Source: an uncultured Planctomycetota bacterium (GTDB lineage Bacteria; Planctomycetota; Planctomycetia; Gemmatales; Gemmataceae). Taken from it: 64,000 nt of DNA. The position numbers and the translations under genes are program-made. Of the stretch, positions 56,418-64,000 are shown in pieces. The notes beneath the pieces are model-generated. The model made no database searches. It was not told the DNA's origin and saw nothing but the letters and a program-made list of their open reading frames with translations. The DNA is taken from positions 416,001 to 480,000 of the forward strand of contig CAWKHF010000001.1 of assembly GCA_963849325.1 (NCBI GenBank), given 5' to 3'. The first letter of the stretch is position 1; each line of letters starts with the position of its first letter.

Positions 56418-57455
56418 TTATGTTGAAGCCAGAATGTGCATAATGTCGCCGTCCTGGACAACGTAGGTCTTGCCCTCCAGCCGATAGACGCCGTGCGTCT
56501 TGGCCTCCTTCATCGAGCCGACGCGCTGAAAATCGTCGTAGCCGACGACCTCGGCGCGAACGAAGCCGCGAGCCAGGTCGGTGTGGATCTGTCCCGCGCC
56601 GACGACGGCGTCGGCCCCCTTGGGCATGGCCCAGGCCCGGCACTCGTCCTCGCCGACGGTGAAAAAGACGATCTGCCCCATCGCGGCGAAGATGGCCCGC
56701 AGCACCTCGTCGCGCACGAAACCCTTCAGTCCCAGGTCGTTCATGAACATCTGCCGATCTTCTTCCGGCAACTCGTGCAGCTCCAGCTCCAGCTTGGCCG
56801 GCGCTTGCAGGGCGCCGGGGGCCAACGCCAGCAGGTCGGCCGGCAGCGGCTGGTTGAGCCGGTCGTCGCCGAGGTTGACGAGTACCTGTTCCGGCTTGAG
56901 GGTGAGCAGCTGAAAACTGCGGATGGCCTTCTCTTCGTCGTCCTTGAGTCCCAGCGTGGCCGGCGACTGGTTGTGCTCGAAGGCGGCGGCGATGCGTTGC
57001 AGCAGGGCGATCTCCTGTTGATCGGCCTCTTTTTGCTTGGCCGGACGCGGTTTGCGCAGTTGGTCTTCCAGCCGGCTGACGCGGTTGCTGACAATCTCCA
57101 GGTCGGCGAACATCAACTCCTCGCGGAAGCGGCGCAGCTGGCCGGCGAGGTCCGGCTCGTTGAAGCCGTTGAGCACGACGAGCAGGCCGCCCGACTCGCG
57201 CAGGATGCCGAGACGGCGCGGGTTGTCGCGTCGCTCGGTGGCCAGCAGGCCCGGCGTGTCGAGGAACTCGATCGTCGCCGGCGTCGTCTTACGCGGCTGA
57301 AACTTCGCCGACAGCCAATCGAGGCGCGGATCGGGAATTTTGGCGATGCCGGTCTGTCCCGTCTGGCCCTTGGACGGGTCCGGCTTGACGCCGCTGAGCC
57401 ACTGGAACACGCTGCTCTTGCCCGAACCGGCGAAACCGACGATGCCGACTTTCAT
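56418..57455 (-). CDS. ychF: YchF/Obg-like ATPase with DUF933 C-terminus; island insertion target
   Basis: GFAGSGKS, DTPG, FFTVGEDE, IHTDLARGFVRAEV and YVVQDGDI; shorter, divergent paralog type. Confidence 0.88.
   Translation of the reverse strand: MKVGIVGFAGSGKSSVFQWLSGVKPDPSKGQTGQTGIAKIPDPRLDWLSAKFQPRKTTPATIEFLDTPGLLATERRDNPRRLGILRESGGLLVVLNGFNEPDLAGQLRRFREELMFADLEIVSNRVSRLEDQLRKPRPAKQKEADQQEIALLQRIAAAFEHNQSPATLGLKDDEEKAIRSFQLLTLKPEQVLVNLGDDRLNQPLPADLLALAPGALQAPAKLELELHELPEEDRQMFMNDLGLKGFVRDEVLRAIFAAMGQIVFFTVGEDECRAWAMPKGADAVVGAGQIHTDLARGFVRAEVVGYDDFQRVGSMKEAKTHGVYRLEGKTYVVQDGDIMHILAST
56428..56449. repeat. att core copy 2
   Basis: Identical to 16396-16417. Confidence 0.9.
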
Positions 57456-57592
57456 GTCCGTTCGTCCGCAGTTGGTAGACAGGGATAAGGTTATCGAGGA
57501 TCATCAACGTAAGTCGCCCTTGGCCACTGTACTACCCGTCCGCGGATCTGGCTACGCTGCCGGCCGCGGCCGGGGAATGGCGGACGAACGAA

Positions 57593-58332
57593 ATGTGTGA
57601 CGAATGGATGCCGCGTCTGGAGCTGCCCATCTCGTTCGAGCAGTTCCATCGGCTGCCGCGCAACGCGGCCTACAAGTACGAATATTTCGAGGACCGGGCC
57701 TGGCTGAACCCTCGACCGCGCTACTATCACGCGCTGCTCGAACTGGAAGCGCTGGCCGGTCGGCCGCCGGAGGGCGTTCGACCGACGACGGCGCTGCGCT
57801 CCGTTCGGCCGGCGGACTGGGAGGAGCTGGCGCCGCTGTTCGCCGCGGCGTTCGAGCGGCAGCAACCGTTTGGCGGCCTGGAGGACGAGCAGCGCGTCGA
57901 GGCGGCGCAAGAGCCTGGAGCACACGCGCCTCGGGCGGTGATGGTCCGTGGATTGAGCCGGCCAGCTTCGTCGCCACGGAGGGAGACGCCGGACACGAGG
58001 TCGGCGCCATCCTGGTGACGCTGTTGCCAGACGTGGAGCCGTCCGGCTGGGACAGCTATCACTGGCCGGAGCCGCCGCCGCCAGACGCACTGGTTCGCCG
58101 CCTCGGTCGGCCGCATTTGACGTGGATCTTCGTCAGTCCGTTCTTCGCCGGCCAGGGCGTCGGTACGCTCCTGCTGTCGGCCACGGTGCGCGAGCTGCTC
58201 GCGCTGGGTTACAAGCAGCTGGCCAGCACGTTCCTGATTGGCAATGATTCGAGTATGCTGTGGCACTGGCGCAATGGGTTTGCTCTATTGCCCTATCCAG
58301 GCTCACTAAGATCAATGAAAACAAGGACTTAG
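57593..58332 (+). CDS. GNAT-family acetyltransferase (frameshift near 57915)
   Basis: IFVSPFFAGQGVGTLLL acetyl-CoA motif and N..S..WHWRNGF. Confidence 0.8.
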
Positions 58333-58728
58333 GAGGGCAACAATTTGGCAACAATTTGGCTCCAATCGAGGCAACAAAAGAGGATGGTTTACTTCAACTA
58401 TCATCTTGGTAATCAATCGTGTCCTGGTAATGATCCGGCGCGAACATCCCCGACCTTCCCATCCCTTTTTTCCCCTGTTGCCAAAGCCGTCGATTCACCG
58501 CAACCCAACCAGACTTGCAATACTTCCCATGCTCACAGAACCACGCCTTTACCGCAGACCTCTCATTTTCACCGTCTCGTCCATGCCCTCCACCAACGGC
58601 TAACGGCGCGGAGGGCATGGACGAAGAACAAGAGCGTGGACATACCGAATTGCCCTAAACACTCCCTTTATTGTAGTAATTAGATTGGAACGCTTTGAGC
58701 CGGGCAAGTCTTGCCACGCTCCGGGGCG

Positions 58729-58965
58729 CTACGCCTTTCTACGATTCCTCTTCTTGCCCCTGTCCGGCGCTGGCTTGTCCTCACTTCCCTCGAAGACTTC
58801 GGGGAATCGGTTCCCGACAGCATCCTCGGCCAACCCGCGCACGAAGACCGACATAGCAACGCCGGCCTCAGCAGCGAGTATGCGCAGCTTGGCGTGAACT
58901 CTCTCCGCAAGATCGACGCGCACGGACTTTGTGCCTGGCGGCCGGCTTGTCCATTCTCTCGGCAT
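58729..58965 (-). CDS. Ribbon-helix-helix regulator
   Basis: KSVRVDL.ERVHAKLRILAAEAGVAMSVFVRGL. Confidence 0.7.
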   Translation of the reverse strand: MPREWTSRPPGTKSVRVDLAERVHAKLRILAAEAGVAMSVFVRGLAEDAVGNRFPEVFEGSEDKPAPDRGKKRNRRKA

Positions 58966-59076
58966 GGCCCCTCCCTCGCGTGTTGTCCACAGCGCCAACG
59001 CTGACGGCGCGTAGGTAGTATACGCTCGCCGCCCAGAGCAAGCAATTCCCATCTTTGAGAAACCGAGAAAAAGGGG

Positions 59077-59120
59077 TTGACGTTGTGGACAACGAACCCT
59101 AAAATTATGTTGTCAACAAC
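59077..59120 (+). promoter_or_regulatory. Sigma-70 promoter overlapped by palindromic operators
   Basis: TTGACG (59077) - 17 bp - TAAAAT (59100); GTTGTnnACAAC at 59082 and 59109, variant at 58982. Confidence 0.75.
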
Positions 59121-59148
59121 GATGACAACAGAAAATGGAGGAATGAAC

Positions 59149-59610
59149 ATGACCACAGCGACGCGAACCCGGAAAACGACGAAGCCCGTCCGCACGGCCA
59201 CGCTCGGCACGCTCAGCGACGGCAAGCTCCTCCTGTGTCTGACGCAAGATGGCGTGCTGCGGGCCTACCTGCTGACCTCGCTCGCCAGTGACTTCGGCAC
59301 GGCCTTCCATCTGCACAAGGCCGACGCCGGCGACGGCCACGCCGAAGAGTACGACGTGCTCCTGCACGGCCGCGAATCGAGCTGCACCTGCCCCGGACAC
59401 GAGTATCGGCATCACTGCAAACACGTGGAAGCGATCGAGGCGTTGATCCGCTCGGGCAAGCTGGCCGTCGCGGCGAAGCCCGCCCCGGCGCAGCCGCAAC
59501 CCGAGCAACCGGCGCCAGTCGCTCCGTCTGCTCCCGAGACGGCCAAGTGCTGCTTTGAGTGCGGCCGCCCGTCTGAGGGCTTCTACTGCGAACGCTGCGG
59601 ATACCTGTGA
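59149..59610 (+). CDS. SWIM zinc-finger protein
   Basis: CTCPG...HCKH plus C-terminal CFEC...CERC. Confidence 0.75.
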   Translation: MTTATRTRKTTKPVRTATLGTLSDGKLLLCLTQDGVLRAYLLTSLASDFGTAFHLHKADAGDGHAEEYDVLLHGRESSCTCPGHEYRHHCKHVEAIEALIRSGKLAVAAKPAPAQPQPEQPAPVAPSAPETAKCCFECGRPSEGFYCERCGYL

Positions 59611-59667
59611 CCCGATCACCACGGCGAGCGGAACGCCCTCCGCTCGCCTCATCCTGGAGAACGACCC

Positions 59668-60138
59668 ATGAACGCCGACGCCAAGCAGCTGTCACTCGCC
59701 TTGACCGCCCCATTCCCCGCCGAGGCGGTCCACTTCAAACCGCTATCGGTCAAGGGCAACCGCGCCCTCGCCGCCGCCTACCTCGACGCTCGCGCCGTGA
59801 TGCAGCGCCTCGATAACGTTTTCGGCGTGGGCGGCTGGAAAGACTCGTACCAGCTGGTCAACGGCGGGTCCGTGGTCTGCACGCTCTCGGTCAAGGTCGA
59901 TGGCGAGTGGATCGACAAGACGGATGTAGGCTCCCCCAGCGAGCAACCCGATGAAGGCGACCAATTGAAAGCCGCTTTCAGCGATTCGTTGAAGCGGGCC
60001 GCGATCAAGCTGGGGATCGGCCGCTATCTGTACCGTTTGCCGCGTCAGTGGGTGGACTACGATCCGCAGACGCGACAGTTCATCAAGCCGCCGCAGCTGC
60101 CCGCGTGGGCGCTGCCCTCGGCGAAGCAATCAGCCTGA
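59668..60138 (+). CDS. Rad52/Rad22-family ssDNA annealing protein
   Basis: AYLDARAVMQRLDNVFG..GW, K.DVG and KAAFSDSLKRAA..LGIGRYLY. Confidence 0.88.
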   Translation: MNADAKQLSLALTAPFPAEAVHFKPLSVKGNRALAAAYLDARAVMQRLDNVFGVGGWKDSYQLVNGGSVVCTLSVKVDGEWIDKTDVGSPSEQPDEGDQLKAAFSDSLKRAAIKLGIGRYLYRLPRQWVDYDPQTRQFIKPPQLPAWALPSAKQSA

Positions 60139-60145
60139 GATGGCG

Positions 60146-60235
60146 GGGGCGGTAGCTCAGTGGCGGAGCATCGGGGCATGACGCCAGCATGGAGGCGCTT
60201 ACCGATGGTCGCGGGTTCGATTCCCGCCCGCCCCG
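60146..60235 (+). tRNA. tRNA-like RNA with abnormal, enlarged anticodon arm (identity undetermined)
   Basis: Acceptor GGGGCGG/CCGCCCC, D-arm GCTC/GAGC, T-arm GCGGG-TTCGATT-CCCGC; about 27 nt between TCGG and CCGA. Confidence 0.7.
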
Positions 60236-60271
60236 ATTCACTTGAACCCTTTTCCCTTCGGAGTAACGACC

Positions 60272-60643
60272 ATGACGAAGATGTTCCTCGACCCGCTGCC
60301 TCCGGCCGTCGTTGATTTTGAATGGCTCCGCCGGCCGTTCGGCCCGACCCTCGACCCGCAACGCGATCTCCCCGGCGTGCTGCGCATCGGCCGGCGCCTG
60401 TACTCCGTCTGGGGCATCGGATGGAACGAGCCGGGCGGACCCCGCGCGGTCGGGTTCGAGCTGTTGGATCAGCAGACAAACCGGACCTACAACATCTTTC
60501 TTGAGTGGTGGGGACCGGAATGCGATTGCGGGGAGGGCCGCTTTCACTTTCGAGCCGGCGGTTGCCGTCACATTGTCAACGTCCGGGCCGCGTTCGACGC
60601 CCTAGGATGGAAGGTCGTCCTCCCCCGGAGACCGGCAGCATAA
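60272..60643 (+). CDS. Second SWIM-like zinc-finger protein
   Basis: Y.I...ECDC...GCRH. Confidence 0.6.
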   Translation: MTKMFLDPLPPAVVDFEWLRRPFGPTLDPQRDLPGVLRIGRRLYSVWGIGWNEPGGPRAVGFELLDQQTNRTYNIFLEWWGPECDCGEGRFHFRAGGCRHIVNVRAAFDALGWKVVLPRRPAA

Positions 60644-60671
60644 ACGACACAAACGATAAGGAGAGCGGGAA

Positions 60672-61703
60672 ATGTCCGACGTACCGACGACGACGAACGC
60701 CTTGACATTGACAACGTTGTCACCCTCGAACACGGCGCCGCCGGCCGGATCGGCAGGCGGCGCCGAAGCCCTCGACGTGGCCGGCTTCCTCGGCCATCTC
60801 CAACACGAACGGCGATTGTCGGGTAACACCCTCGCCGCCTACGGTCTCGCCCTTCGCCAGTTCGCCGAGTGGGCGCAGTCCGGCGGCCTGGCTTGCCCCC
60901 TCCGGCCCGAATCCCGCGAGCTGGGCGGATTCCTCGAACACCTCCGCGATCAAGGACTATCCGCATCCAGTATCAGGCAAAAGCTCGCCGCCGTGAGGAC
61001 GTGCTATCGCTACCTGCATGTCCAGGGCCGCATATCGACGAAGACGCTGGGAGTTGTGCTCGGCACCGAGGGTCCGGCCGCGTGGCAGCGTCTACCGGCG
61101 GTCCTCGGCGCGGAGCAAGCGGCCCGATTGGTGCAAGCTCCGCTGCCCTCGGATCGCTACCACTTGCGCGACCGCGGAATTTTGGAGTTCCTGTACGCCT
61201 CCGGCTGTCGCGTGAGCGAGTTGTGCGATCTGACTTTGACGGACCTGCGCTTGTCGGATCGCTATGCCGAAGTGCTCGGCAAGGGCAACAAGCCTCGCCT
61301 CGTCCTGCTGGGCCGGCCGGCCGTGGCGGCCCTCGACGCCTACCTCGGCGAGTTGCGGCCTCGGATGGTGCGGTTGGCGCCGGAATCGCCCTGGCTATTC
61401 GTGAGTCGCGCCGGGCGGAGGTTGACGTGCGAAATGGTATGGACGCTCGTGAAGCGCTACGCCCGGCGGATGGGCCTGGAAGGCGTCAGCCCGCACGTCT
61501 TTCGGCACAGCTGCGCAACGGCGTTGATGAATGGTGGTGCAGGTCTGCAAACTGTCAGCAACTTGCTCGGGCACGCCAGCATCAACGCGACGCAGCGATA
61601 CCTTCACGTCGATGAGGAACGGAAGCGGGAGCTGCACCGCCTCTATCATCCCCTCGGCACGACGCCCTCCGAAACGGCAACGGTCCTTCCCGACGCCGCT
61701 TGA
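60672..61703 (+). CDS. XerD-like tyrosine recombinase
   Basis: NTLAAY, SGCRVSE, GKGNKPR, HVFRH and LGHASINATQRY. Confidence 0.9.
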   Translation: MSDVPTTTNALTLTTLSPSNTAPPAGSAGGAEALDVAGFLGHLQHERRLSGNTLAAYGLALRQFAEWAQSGGLACPLRPESRELGGFLEHLRDQGLSASSIRQKLAAVRTCYRYLHVQGRISTKTLGVVLGTEGPAAWQRLPAVLGAEQAARLVQAPLPSDRYHLRDRGILEFLYASGCRVSELCDLTLTDLRLSDRYAEVLGKGNKPRLVLLGRPAVAALDAYLGELRPRMVRLAPESPWLFVSRAGRRLTCEMVWTLVKRYARRMGLEGVSPHVFRHSCATALMNGGAGLQTVSNLLGHASINATQRYLHVDEERKRELHRLYHPLGTTPSETATVLPDAA

Positions 61704-61731
61704 CTGCGGCCCGTTATCAAGGAAAATCCCC

Positions 61732-62621
61732 ATGCAGCAAGCCCTCGACGGGTTCATTCGCCACATGGAAACGGAGAAACAGGCTTCGGACTGCACGGTT
61801 CGAGCGTATCGCGCAGACCTGCGCAAGCCGTAAACTTCTTCCGCTCCCAGCTGGGGACGCCTACGCCACGTCCCGAAGATCTGACGGCCGGCCTCCTGAG
61901 CGATTACGTCGCTTGGCTTGGCCGGCAAGGCTACGCCGCGAGCACAATACGGCGGCGCATGGCGGCCGTGCGATCATGGATTCGCTTCCTGGTTCAGCGA
62001 GGCTTGCGGTCAGACGATCCGTCCGCAAGCGTGTGCGGCCCGCGTCCGAATCGACGGCTCCCGCATTTCCTGACTGTCGCCGAGGTGGTGCGTCTGCTCG
62101 ACGCGCCGCCGGCCGACGCTCTTATCGGCGTGCGTGATCGCGCCGTACTGGCCGTGTTGTATTCCACCGGCGTCCGAGGCGGCGAGTTGACGGGCTTGAA
62201 CGTCGAGGACGTAAACGTAGACGCCGGCACGGCCAAGATACGGGGCAAGGGTCGGATTGAACGTCTGGGCATCCTGGGGCCGCCGGCCGTGGCCGCACTG
62301 TCGCGTTGGCTGAGCCGGCGCGACGAGTTGGCAGGTTCGTCGGAACCAGCCCTCTTTGTAGCCTGTACGGGTTCGCGCCTGGACTGTCGCTCAGTGAACC
62401 GACTGATCAAAAAACACGCGACCTGTATCGGTGTCGATAAACGCACTTCGCCGATCTCGTTTCGGCACAGCTTCGCCACGCACCTACTTAACGGCGGGTG
62501 TGATTTGCGTGGAATCCAAGCCATGCTTGGGCACTCTTGCCTTTCAACGACCCAGCGATACGCGCACGTTTCGACGCGGCGGCTTCGGAACGCCTACGAT
62601 CAATCGCACCCTCGCGCCTGA
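61732..62621 (+). CDS. XerC-like tyrosine recombinase (frameshift near 61830)
   Basis: TVRAYRADL, TGVRGGE, GKGRIER, ISFRHSFATH, LGHSCLSTTQRY and AYDQSHPRA. Confidence 0.85.
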
Positions 62622-62716
62622 CAGGGTTGAGGAATATCTCCTTGCATCGCCCTGGATCGCCTGGGCCGCGTCCAGTTCAATCGGGACGGCTCATCGGTCT
62701 CTCGGCGCCCGCAACT

Positions 62717-63040
62717 TCAACTCGGCGGCGTCCAGCATGGCCGAGGCACTGTCTTCATGCTGGCGCAGGTGGTGAGCGACGGGCTGCGCCTGATCGCGGA
62801 GGGTGCGGAACGAAGAAGAGAGTATCGGCGCTGTAGGCCCAGGTGGAACGCTGCACACTTCGGGCAGAGCCAGTAATCGGCGTAGACGCACACAATGTCC
62901 TCCGTCAGTTCCTCGCACCTTTCGCAGAAGGAACCCGCCAGGGGCGGCGGTTCCGGTCTGTCTTGCTGCAAATCCCGGTGACAGTGCGTTGCCTGCCTGT
63001 CGCGCTGTCGCCACCGGGCTTTCATCGTCTCCACGTCCAT
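62717..63040 (-). CDS. Small Cys-rich hypothetical protein
   Basis: CERC...CPKC; AAGAGA RBS-like sequence upstream. Confidence 0.35.
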   Translation of the reverse strand: MDVETMKARWRQRDRQATHCHRDLQQDRPEPPPLAGSFCERCEELTEDIVCVYADYWLCPKCAAFHLGLQRRYSLLRSAPSAIRRSPSLTTCASMKTVPRPCWTPPS

Positions 63041-63727
63041 CGTTGTTTCTCTTCACCCTTCCCGGTAATGGTGAGGTCGGTGCGCAATGCCCCGACCGCT
63101 CTTTCGAGCAATCGGGACATTGCATAAGGCTTTCCCGTATAAAGGAGCCGGCCGTATGCTTTCATGCGCGTCGCGTTATTGATCCGCAGTCCGACGCGAG
63201 CCGTCACCGGCTCCCCTGCGCTGCGCTGGTCTCTACACGGCACCTGCCATCCGCACCGTTGAACGACCAGAAGCCGAGCGTCACTTCGCCCAGCTCGTGT
63301 CCAGCCCACGGCGTACTTGCATCCGCCGCCGGCCATCGTGAAGAGCACCCACGGTCGGCGGCCCTGTAAGCCCCGTCTGCCGTGGGTCTGGCGACGGACT
63401 CCAAGCCGCCGTCGCTATCAGCTTCTTCGTTTGGGCAATCACTCGGCATCGCCTCTCCGCACGAAGACACGCGGGTTGCTCGCGTCGCCGGCCGGAGCCA
63501 GGGGAGCCGTTGTCGTGGACGATGCGTTTACGCTGCCGGACTGGCCGCCACTGCTGGTTCCGGCATGATTAAGCCGAAACAAAACCAACTCCGGCAGCCG
63601 TGCCGCCGACAGTCTTCCAGGTGGGCGAACAAGGGGTTGTCGCCCGTCCAGGACACTATCGCCGCCGTCTCCTGGCCTCGGTCCCAGCCGGGACGCGAAG
63701 GCTGATCCGTCAGAGCGAATTCAAACA

Positions 63728-63970
63728 TCAAGCCGCCTCCGTTTCAGGTGTGTAAGTCGCCGTCTGTCGCAGCTTCTCCGGCAATCGATCCCATGTCACC
63801 TTCGGTATCCAGCCCAGACCTTTGCAGGTCTGGCACCCTGGAGCGACGGTCTCTCGGCAGCATGGGCAAGCCGTGTGCGGCTGCCAGTGGGCCAGCTCGC
63901 GGCGGATATTGGTCAAGTCCGCGGAGTGATACCGTTCGACGGACTCGCCGTCTCTGGTTTCCCTGGTCAT
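63728..63970 (-). CDS. Hypothetical phage-type protein C-terminus with Zn ribbon
   Basis: CPCC...CQTCKGLGW; probably extends beyond the window. Confidence 0.45.
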   Translation of the reverse strand: MTRETRDGESVERYHSADLTNIRRELAHWQPHTACPCCRETVAPGCQTCKGLGWIPKVTWDRLPEKLRQTATYTPETEAA

Positions 63971-64000
63971 TTTCAGGTGATTGGCCCGAAGTAGTTCGGC

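Larger units (their letters stand above)
16396..56449. mobile_element. ~40-kb CRISPR-Cas defence island integrated into the 3' end of a ychF-family gene
   Basis: 22-bp terminal direct repeat, integrase remnant beside the left junction, CACGGAAT repeats at 16480/16492 and 56305/56316. Confidence 0.85.
58300..64000. mobile_element. Left part of a second prophage/ICE-like element
   Basis: AT shift, GGCAACAATTT tandem repeats, RHH switch, SWIM, Rad52/22, tRNA-like gene, two tyrosine recombinases and small ORFans. Confidence 0.6.

Noticed and set aside
59517-59530. 14-bp match between the spacer near 23419-23453 and the SWIM gene (self-targeting)
   Set aside because: It does not extend, and is expected by chance given about 10 kb of spacer sequence.
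1-62621. Frameshifts in dapL, kinase, sigma factors, cas3, cas8b, cas4-1 and others as pseudogenisation or programmed recoding
   Set aside because: They affect housekeeping and accessory genes alike with motifs otherwise intact, so uncorrected long-read indels are the simplest explanation. Cas inactivity cannot be inferred without polishing.
63875-63912. Partial match (25/38 by hand, core CTGCCAGTGGG) of the mini-array 1 spacer to the neighbouring prophage-like ORF
   Set aside because: Seed positions 1-2 mismatch, there is no evident PAM, and this level of identity is plausible by chance in GC-rich DNA. Worth rechecking only if homologous elements match better.

Overview
GC-rich bacterial DNA with a Planctomycete (Gemmataceae)-like gene repertoire; the taxon is an inference. 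Many genes carry single-base frameshifts that look like long-read assembly errors. Bases 1-16.4 kb are ordinary chromosome: membrane glycosyltransferase-like genes, an NYN-CSD protein, dapL, ECF sigma factors, a Ser/Thr kinase, a TA pair and REP-like palindromes. Bases ~16.4-56.45 kb are a ~40-kb integrative island inserted in the 3' end of a ychF-family gene, bounded by a 22-bp direct repeat, with a recoded C-terminus and CACGGAAT arm-like repeats at both ends. The island carries a decayed integrase/TA/IS630 left end and a ~21-kb CRISPR array (roughly 260 repeats, estimated from length; type I-G-like 37-bp repeat) interrupted by an IS110. Its cas locus is a hybrid: I-B-type cas8b/cas7/cas5/cas3, only the C-terminal (Cas6-like) half of I-G Csb2, and a cas4-cas1 fusion plus cas2. 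A nurA-like/herA-like pair lies directly upstream of cas4-1, and a sigma-like/small protein/ImmA-IrrE peptidase triad lies further upstream. Two one-spacer mini-arrays each sit divergently in front of one of the two cas operons. From ~58.3 kb a second prophage/ICE-like element begins, with an RHH switch and operators, SWIM proteins, a Rad52/22 annealase, a tRNA-like RNA with an enlarged anticodon arm, and tandem XerD/XerC-like recombinases.
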